From: a virus
Lineage: Duplodnaviria > Caudoviricetes
IMG/VR virus record: IMGVR_UViG_3300000101_000005
Direction: 5' to 3' (one strand)
DNA length: 64,000 nucleotides
The notes under the pieces were generated by a model, which saw only the letters and a list, made by a program, of their open reading frames with translations, was not told where the DNA came from and made no database searches. Both the position numbers and the translations under genes were made by a program. This document shows, in pieces, positions 57,597 to 64,000 of this stretch (its first letter is position 1; the number at the start of each line of letters is the position of its first letter).

Positions 57597-57602
57597 TAAA
57601 TA
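57597..57602 (+). promoter_or_regulatory. gp55-type late promoter (TAAATA)
   Basis: CATAAATAT upstream of the glycosyltransferase cluster. Confidence 0.65.
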
Positions 57603-57631
57603 TTAAGTGCTACTATAACTGTGGAGGACAT

Positions 57632-57982
57632 ATGGAAGAACAACTAAAAAAAGCCTTGGATTTTAGCAAGTACAGAGAAACTTTTGCTGTACAGCGTAAA
57701 ACTTTAAAGGAAAAAATTGATGCTAGATTAACATACGGTGTTAATGGCGGCATATTTAAGATCAATAGAGAACTAATTAACTTCGTTCAAATGCTACTTT
57801 CAGTAGATAGAACCGAAGGAGTAGTATTACTTGATGTTAATGATAATCCTATATTGATTGAAAATCTTGCAGATTTTAAAGATATCATACTTGATAGATA
57901 CACAACATCAACATTAGAATATTACGAAGAATACCAGAAGCTCAAAAAGAGCAGATCCGTAGAAAAACTTATAGAAGTATAA
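57632..57982 (+). CDS. Hypothetical protein
   Basis: 116 aa, SD GGAGGA; first gene of the glycosyltransferase operon. Confidence 0.7.
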   Translation: MEEQLKKALDFSKYRETFAVQRKTLKEKIDARLTYGVNGGIFKINRELINFVQMLLSVDRTEGVVLLDVNDNPILIENLADFKDIILDRYTTSTLEYYEEYQKLKKSRSVEKLIEV

Positions 57983-57983
57983 T

Positions 57984-58832
57984 ATGGATAAAGGAATCGT
58001 AATATTTGCACATAACAGTCGAAGTTTAGACTATTCTAAACTAGCATTGGTCGCAGGCGGCCTTGCTAAAAAGCATCTCGGCTATCCAGTTTCATTAATC
58101 ACAGATAAGTCAACTGTTGATTATATGGAAGAAATAGGTACTGCAGATAAAGCAAAAGAAATCTTTGACAGCCTTATTTTTGTAGAGCGTCCTCCAACAC
58201 AGCAATACAGAAATCTTCATGATGGAAATGATTTTGAAGCAGTACCTTTCGATAATTCAAACAGACCAAATGTTTGGGATATTACACCTTATGAAAGAAC
58301 ATTATTGTTAGATTGTGACTATCTAACATTTTCAGATACTTTAAACAGTTATTGGGATGTCGAACAAGACTTCTTAATCTCACATGAGTATAATGATATT
58401 ATGGGAACACGAGCAGGTTACCATGACAAGTATGTTTCGGATACTGGCGTTAAATTGCTTTGGGCTACAACAGTTATGTTTACCAAGAACGATCAAACAA
58501 AAGTACTTTTTGATTTAGTACAATACATACAAAAAAATTACAAGTTCTTTGCAGACACATACCGTTTTGATCCTAGACTATATAGGAACGATATTAGTTT
58601 TGCAATAGCTAATCATATACTAAATGGATTTCAAGAAGCAGGTACAGAATATAAATTACCGTCAGTGTTTTCTACAATAGATAGAGATATGTTAGTTGAT
58701 GTAAAAGGTAACACATTACAATTTTTATTAACCAATGAAGAACTAGTTGCTTCGTCATCAGGTAAAGATGTTCATGTAATGAATAAAAAAAGCATTGAAA
58801 GAAACTTTGACAAACTAATGGAGTTGATATGA
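57984..58832 (+). CDS. Glycosyltransferase, GT-A fold (GT8-like)
   Basis: 282 aa; ITPYERTLLLDCDY (DxD), RNDISFAIA, HVMNK. Confidence 0.7.
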   Translation: MDKGIVIFAHNSRSLDYSKLALVAGGLAKKHLGYPVSLITDKSTVDYMEEIGTADKAKEIFDSLIFVERPPTQQYRNLHDGNDFEAVPFDNSNRPNVWDITPYERTLLLDCDYLTFSDTLNSYWDVEQDFLISHEYNDIMGTRAGYHDKYVSDTGVKLLWATTVMFTKNDQTKVLFDLVQYIQKNYKFFADTYRFDPRLYRNDISFAIANHILNGFQEAGTEYKLPSVFSTIDRDMLVDVKGNTLQFLLTNEELVASSSGKDVHVMNKKSIERNFDKLMELI

Positions 58833-59668
58833 ACTTTGGATATCTAATTGTTGTTGCAACTTCTGAAGAATACAATTATGCACAAATGGCATATGCTCTT
58901 GCATTAAGTATTAAGAATACACAAAAAGAAGGTTACGATAAAGTTGCATTAGTAATTGATGATAAAACTCAAATAGAAAATTTTGAATCTACTTGGGTCT
59001 TTGATGAGATTATTGAATGGGACAAGAAAGGTTTTTGGGACGGCCGTTCTTATATGGACGAGCTAACACCGTGGGAACACACTGTATGTTTAGATGCAGA
59101 CATGTTGTTCTTTAGAGATTACAGTCATTGGATTGATTATTTTGTTGCAAATTCTGAACTGTATGTTGCTAACAAAGCATACACATATAGAGGAGAAGTA
59201 GTAACTAATGATTTTTATAGAAGAACATTTACTAAAAATGAATTACCAAACTTATATTCATTCTTTACATTCTTTAAAAAAGATAGTAAACTAGCAAATG
59301 ACTTCTTTAATTTACAGCGTTCTATAATGGACAATCCAAATGAATACACTAATTTGTTTTTAACAAAGCATACACCTAAAGTTATAGGAACTGATGAAGC
59401 ATTTGCAATAGCAGCAAAGATATTAGATATCACAGACGATATTGCATACCCGTTAGGATTTCCAAGAGTTGTACATATGAAAGGCGGTGTACAAAATTGG
59501 CCATGGCATGCTGATAAGTTTTCAGATCATGTAGGATATTACTTAAATGATAAAGGCAAATTAAAAATAGGTAGTTATCAACAAAACGACATTGTACATT
59601 ATGTTGAAAAAGATAAAATGAATTTAGAAACAATTAATGTACTGGAGGAAATAGCATGGAAGAAGTAG
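58829..59668 (+). CDS. Glycosyltransferase, GT-A fold (GT8-like), paralogue of the previous gene
   Basis: 279 aa; LTPWEHTVCLDADMLF (DxD), GTDEAFAIA, VHMK, VHYVEK. Confidence 0.75.
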   Translation: MNFGYLIVVATSEEYNYAQMAYALALSIKNTQKEGYDKVALVIDDKTQIENFESTWVFDEIIEWDKKGFWDGRSYMDELTPWEHTVCLDADMLFFRDYSHWIDYFVANSELYVANKAYTYRGEVVTNDFYRRTFTKNELPNLYSFFTFFKKDSKLANDFFNLQRSIMDNPNEYTNLFLTKHTPKVIGTDEAFAIAAKILDITDDIAYPLGFPRVVHMKGGVQNWPWHADKFSDHVGYYLNDKGKLKIGSYQQNDIVHYVEKDKMNLETINVLEEIAWKK

Positions 59669-60306
59669 AAGAATTTATGCCCGACTTTGACGAGTGGCTT
59701 AAAAATTATGAAGAACCAGCACGTAGATTTGGTACAGCATTTGACCCAGATACAGGACAACTAATTTCAGTAGGTCCGTATTCGGCAATAGAAATGGATT
59801 ATAGCAAAAACGTTGTTGAGATTGACGAAGATCTTGCTATCAAAATTATTGACGGCGACATCCATATTAGTAAATGCTTTTTTGATACTCGTGAAGGTAA
59901 GTTTGAAATCACAGAAGAAAAAGTATTATCAAAAATTGATGACGTACTACATAGAATTATTGATAAGCGTTACTTAGATGAAGAAATAAAACCAGACATC
60001 TATCTTACATATAACTTAGCTGCCAGTAAACTTACAGTAGAACTAAGTGAAGAGTATGGTGGTACAAGAGTTTTAGAAAAACAGTGGCAACCAGCAACAC
60101 CAAGAAATGTATTTTGGGGAGGTGAAACAACTTTATCTTTTACAGTTGCTGATTATAATGATCCACACTTTCCGCAAAAAACTTTTGATGTTACACTTGA
60201 AGAGTTAGAAGGTAAGTCTGTAACAATTGACGATGTAGACATTACAGGAAAGTTTAGTGTGTTTACTCGTAGACTGTTTAAAAACTATGTACTAGAGGAG
60301 ATTTAA
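59656..60306 (+). CDS. Hypothetical protein
   Basis: 216 aa, translationally coupled within the operon; no motif recognised. Confidence 0.7.
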   Translation: MEEVEEFMPDFDEWLKNYEEPARRFGTAFDPDTGQLISVGPYSAIEMDYSKNVVEIDEDLAIKIIDGDIHISKCFFDTREGKFEITEEKVLSKIDDVLHRIIDKRYLDEEIKPDIYLTYNLAASKLTVELSEEYGGTRVLEKQWQPATPRNVFWGGETTLSFTVADYNDPHFPQKTFDVTLEELEGKSVTIDDVDITGKFSVFTRRLFKNYVLEEI

Positions 60307-61212
60307 ATGCGGGTGGCTGAATTTGACGTATTCTTTTTATCTTATGATGAACCTTTTGCTGATTTGCATTATGCAGATCTATGCAATAAGTTACCATGGG
60401 CTAAACGTGTACACGGTGTAAAAGGAAGTGATCATGCACATAAAGCATGTGCAGAACAATCTGAAACTGATTGGTTGCTTACAGTTGACGCAGACAACAT
60501 AGTATATCCTGAATATTTTAATCTTGACCTAGACATGTCAGAAGAAGAAATTAAAGTATATAGTTGGTGTGGTAAGAATACTGTTAACGGATTACGTTAT
60601 GGAAACGGCGGATTAAAGTTATGGTCTAAGGATCATTTACTTAATATGAAAACGCATGAAAATGCAGATAGCGAAAGAGCGCAAGTTGACTTTTGTTGGG
60701 AAACAGGTTATAGAAACTTTCCAGTAACATATAGCGATACAAAAGTAAATGGCAATCCATACCACGCATGGAGAGCAGGGTTTCGAGAAGGTGTTAAAAT
60801 GACATTATTTGATGGTCTAAAATTACCACCTATGGAAATTAAAGAAAGAATTTGGTGGCATAATATTCATAGACTTAGAATGTGGTCAACAGTTGGATCA
60901 CATGCAGAGAATGGTATAATGTCGATACTAGGGGCAAGGCAAGGAACACACATGACCAACTGCACAGATTGGGATCATATACAAGTTAGAGATTTTGAAA
61001 TGCTAGGCGAAATATGGAAAGAGAAAGCAGAACATCTTTCAAAAGATAGCGAAGCATGTATTGCTGAAATAAAACGTCTAGGAGACGAAATTAAATTAAA
61101 CTTAGGTCTTGATTGGGTTTGGCTAGAACCCGATGCAAGTAGATATACAATGGATCTATATGACGAAGCATTGAACCTAGGTCAAACCTACTATAGTAAA
61201 AAATATGTATGA
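60307..61212 (+). CDS. Glycosyltransferase-like protein (GT-A, GT2-like)
   Basis: 301 aa; FFLSYDE...HGVKGSDHAHKACAE...TVDADN (DxD), AWRAGFREGVK. Confidence 0.65.
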   Translation: MRVAEFDVFFLSYDEPFADLHYADLCNKLPWAKRVHGVKGSDHAHKACAEQSETDWLLTVDADNIVYPEYFNLDLDMSEEEIKVYSWCGKNTVNGLRYGNGGLKLWSKDHLLNMKTHENADSERAQVDFCWETGYRNFPVTYSDTKVNGNPYHAWRAGFREGVKMTLFDGLKLPPMEIKERIWWHNIHRLRMWSTVGSHAENGIMSILGARQGTHMTNCTDWDHIQVRDFEMLGEIWKEKAEHLSKDSEACIAEIKRLGDEIKLNLGLDWVWLEPDASRYTMDLYDEALNLGQTYYSKKYV

Positions 61213-62842
61213 TATCTTTTTTATTAGTGATTCTAAGGTTAACGTAAGTTCTTGGAATATTTTCAAGGCACGTTTCCCACACGCACAGAAAATAGAAAAC
61301 TGTGAAAGCTATGAAATACTTAATAAAAAGACTCTTACAAAAAACTTTTGGGTAGTATGGGATTGCTTACACTTAACTCAAGACTTTGATTTTACATATA
61401 GACTTACTGAATGGGACAACCAATATATTCATGTATTTAAGAATGGCGAACACTATGATGGTGTATGCTTATTTCCTAAAAACTTAAACGTAACAAACAA
61501 AGAATGGAAGTATAGATTCTTTACAAATAAAAAAGAAATTGATATAGTAGCAAGTCAACCTAAGCCCTACGACATTGTTAAACTAGATAGTTATAACGGA
61601 CTTGTTACAGCACAAGAAATTGCACATTCAGACTTCTTACTATGTATACCTAATGATGTAGTTCCAACTGATATTCCACAATATCAAGTTCCTGCTTGGG
61701 ACAAAGATGTTGTTCATGTTTTTAAAAATAATAAAACTTATGATGGTATTTTTATTTGCCACAAAAATAATAAAATTGCTAAAAGAGAATTCGATTACAG
61801 ATTCTTTACAAATAAAAAAGAAATTGATATAGTAGCTAGTAATCCTAAGAAGTGGGAAGTATTTAATTTAGAAACGTTCGACGATTACAAACAAGCTCTA
61901 GAGAAAGCAACAGGAGATATGTTTTGGGGTGTATATTCTGATTTAAATATTAGTGATAATTTTAAATTTGATTATTATATTCCTAAGTATGATAGTTATC
62001 ATAGAAAACTTACTCACTGTTTTCAAAACAGCTACTGGTATGACGGAGTTACATTGTTTTCAAAAGAGCGTCCTGTAACAGAGCGTGAGTTTAAATCAAG
62101 ATTCTTTACTAATAAAAAAGATATAAAAATAAACAGTAGTGTACCAACGTCATATGATATTGCGTTTATAAGTTATAAAGAAAAAAATGCAGACAAACAC
62201 TTTAATGAACTACAAGACATTATAAGAACACAAGACCCTACTGTAAAATTACGCTGGATACGTGATGTTAAAGGAATACATCAAGCTCATATTGCAGCAG
62301 CAGAATTGTGTGATACAAATATGTTTTGGGTAGTTGACGGCGATGCAAAATTAATTAAACACTTCAAATTTAATTACCGTGTTCCATTTTGGGATCAAGA
62401 TATGGTGCATGTGTGGCGAAGTAAAAATGCAGTAAATGATTTAGAATATGGATATGGTGGTGTAAAATTACTACCAAGAAAAGCAGTTATAGGTATTACA
62501 GATTTTACTACTGATATGACTACTAGCCTATCTCCAAAGTTTAAAGCTATGAACGAAGTAAGTAACATTAGTGTGTTTGATACAGATGAATATAGTACAT
62601 GGAAAAGTGCATTTAGAGAATGTGTTAAACTAGCAAGTAGAGCTATTAATAGACAAGATAACATGGAAACTGATAAACGTTTAGATATTTGGTGTAAAGA
62701 AGCAAAAGGAACTTTTGCAGAGTATGCACTTAACGGAGCAAAAGCAGGTAGAGCTTACGGAGTTGCAAACAGTAACAAGCCAGATAACCTACGTAAAATA
62801 AATGACTTTGATTGGTTAAAGGAACAATTTAATGCACGATAA
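61205..62842 (+). CDS. Glycosyltransferase-like protein with three degenerate internal repeats
   Basis: 545 aa; C-terminal domain FISYKE...KGIHQAHIAAAE...WVVDGDA, WKSAFRECVK is paralogous to the previous gene; xRFFTNKKxI occurs three times. Confidence 0.65.
   Translation: MYDIFFISDSKVNVSSWNIFKARFPHAQKIENCESYEILNKKTLTKNFWVVWDCLHLTQDFDFTYRLTEWDNQYIHVFKNGEHYDGVCLFPKNLNVTNKEWKYRFFTNKKEIDIVASQPKPYDIVKLDSYNGLVTAQEIAHSDFLLCIPNDVVPTDIPQYQVPAWDKDVVHVFKNNKTYDGIFICHKNNKIAKREFDYRFFTNKKEIDIVASNPKKWEVFNLETFDDYKQALEKATGDMFWGVYSDLNISDNFKFDYYIPKYDSYHRKLTHCFQNSYWYDGVTLFSKERPVTEREFKSRFFTNKKDIKINSSVPTSYDIAFISYKEKNADKHFNELQDIIRTQDPTVKLRWIRDVKGIHQAHIAAAELCDTNMFWVVDGDAKLIKHFKFNYRVPFWDQDMVHVWRSKNAVNDLEYGYGGVKLLPRKAVIGITDFTTDMTTSLSPKFKAMNEVSNISVFDTDEYSTWKSAFRECVKLASRAINRQDNMETDKRLDIWCKEAKGTFAEYALNGAKAGRAYGVANSNKPDNLRKINDFDWLKEQFNAR
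61514..61836. repeat. Identical 38-bp direct repeat
   Basis: AGATTCTTTACAAATAAAAAAGAAATTGATATAGTAGC at 61514-61551 and 61799-61836; a third degenerate copy near 62099. Confidence 0.85.
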
Positions 62843-64000
62843 GGAAAGAATAGAAAAATTCATACCTATCATGGACGAACTAAGTCCTACATTCTGTTTG
62901 GCCAAATGGCATCATACAACACTATACTTAGGTACAGGAGAAACACACAGTTGTTATCACCCTGCTCCGCATAAAATACCATTGCATGAAATTGAAGCAG
63001 ACCCAAGTGCATTGCATAACACACAACAGAAAAAAGCAGAACGTCAAATGATGATAGACGGCAAGAAGCCTAGCGGTTGCGACTATTGTTGGAATGTCGA
63101 ATGTATGGGTAAAGATTACATTAGTGATCGTAAAGAACGTAATGCAAGTATATACACTCCAGAAAGATTTAACGCAATTAAACAAGAGCCAATGGCAAAT
63201 GTAAATCCGCAATATGTTGAAGTGTCATTTGGTAATGAATGTAACTTTAAGTGCGGATATTGTCACCCTAAACATTCTAGCAGTTATTATAAAGAAATTG
63301 AAAAGGAAGGTCCGTACACTATGGTTAAGAACCATAGGAATGATATTGACTGGTTTAAAATACACAAAGATGAAGAAACAAATCCATATGTTAAAGCATG
63401 GTGGAAGTGGTGGCCTGAGTTGCGTAAAACACTTACAATTTTACGTATTACTGGAGGCGAGCCGTTACTACAGCAAAGCACATGGAGAGTGTTCGACGAA
63501 CTTGAAAAGAATCCTTGCCCTAACTTAGAACTAAACATCAATACTAACTTAGGTGTAAAGCCTATCCTTATTGAACGATTCACTGACAAAGTAAACAATT
63601 TAGTTGAAAAGGGTTGTATCAAAGACTTTAAAATTTTTACTAGTATTGATACATGGGGACCACAAGCAGAGTATATTAGAACAGGATTAGATTTAGAGCT
63701 TTGGCAAAAGAACTTAGACATATACATGACTAAAACTAATATGCCTTTAACATTTATGGTCACGTTTAATATTTTAACTGTAACTAACTTTAGTACACTA
63801 TTGCAGAAGTTCTTAGACTGGCGCATAAAATATAATAGCGATAATCAAACTAAATGGCAGAGAATTAGATTTGATACTCCGTACCTAAAAGAACCTTTAC
63901 AGTATGATATGAATATTTTACCTAAAGATAAATTTATGCCATATATGAAAAAGCACTTGCAATTTATTATTGATAACATGGACGATCAGGATAAGCATAA
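62832..64000 (+). CDS. Radical SAM protein with N-terminal Cys-rich (SPASM/twitch-like) domain, truncated by the window edge
   Basis: Manual translation from ATG 62832: FCLAKWHH...HSCYH...GCDYCW..., CNFKCGYC (63240-63263), ITGGEP, NINTN; open to 64000. Not in the ORF track. Confidence 0.85.
   Translation, partial: MHDKERIEKFIPIMDELSPTFCLAKWHHTTLYLGTGETHSCYHPAPHKIPLHEIEADPSALHNTQQKKAERQMMIDGKKPSGCDYCWNVECMGKDYISDRKERNASIYTPERFNAIKQEPMANVNPQYVEVSFGNECNFKCGYCHPKHSSSYYKEIEKEGPYTMVKNHRNDIDWFKIHKDEETNPYVKAWWKWWPELRKTLTILRITGGEPLLQQSTWRVFDELEKNPCPNLELNINTNLGVKPILIERFTDKVNNLVEKGCIKDFKIFTSIDTWGPQAEYIRTGLDLELWQKNLDIYMTKTNMPLTFMVTFNILTVTNFSTLLQKFLDWRIKYNSDNQTKWQRIRFDTPYLKEPLQYDMNILPKDKFMPYMKKHLQFIIDNMDDQDKH

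Noticed and set aside
1-64000. Stop-codon reassignment as in some large phages
   Set aside because: Conserved genes end at TAG (gp21, gp46, gp53-like) and TGA (gp47) at expected lengths, and the standard code gives dense coding.
1-64000. tRNA genes, inteins, transposases, integrases
   Set aside because: No cloverleaf with T-loop and CCA in any gap; capsid, portal, gp46 and gp47 have normal lengths and no intein or transposase motifs were seen.

Overview
This window is 64 kb of an AT-rich, T4-related large myophage genome, probably a jumbo phage. An aquatic or marine origin is only inferred. It holds most of the morphogenesis region. On the minus strand are the head genes (portal gp20, protease gp21, scaffold gp22, major capsid gp23), a tape-measure-like gene and two putative internal proteins. 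An early block follows, with gp47, gp46, a stand-alone GIY-YIG nuclease and the late sigma factor gp55. On the plus strand are the baseplate genes (gp48/54-, gp53-, gp27-, gp5-, gp25-, gp6-like and a 4593-aa gp7-position protein), four paralogous fibre genes, a 2OG-Fe(II) oxygenase and a glycosyltransferase/radical SAM cluster that runs off the right end. Thirteen TAAATA late-promoter boxes lie at gene boundaries. The most unusual signals are non-coding. (1) Downstream of the capsid gene is an RNA-rich cassette: a glutamine (glnA-class) riboswitch behind a late promoter, a ~175-nt structured RNA with its own promoter and terminator, a leaderless gene and a structured leader. (2) A ~600-nt highly structured region lies directly downstream of the GIY-YIG nuclease. 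(3) A probable -1 programmed frameshift joins the gp26-like and gp51-like ORFs. All calls come from reading the sequence and motifs; no database searches were run.
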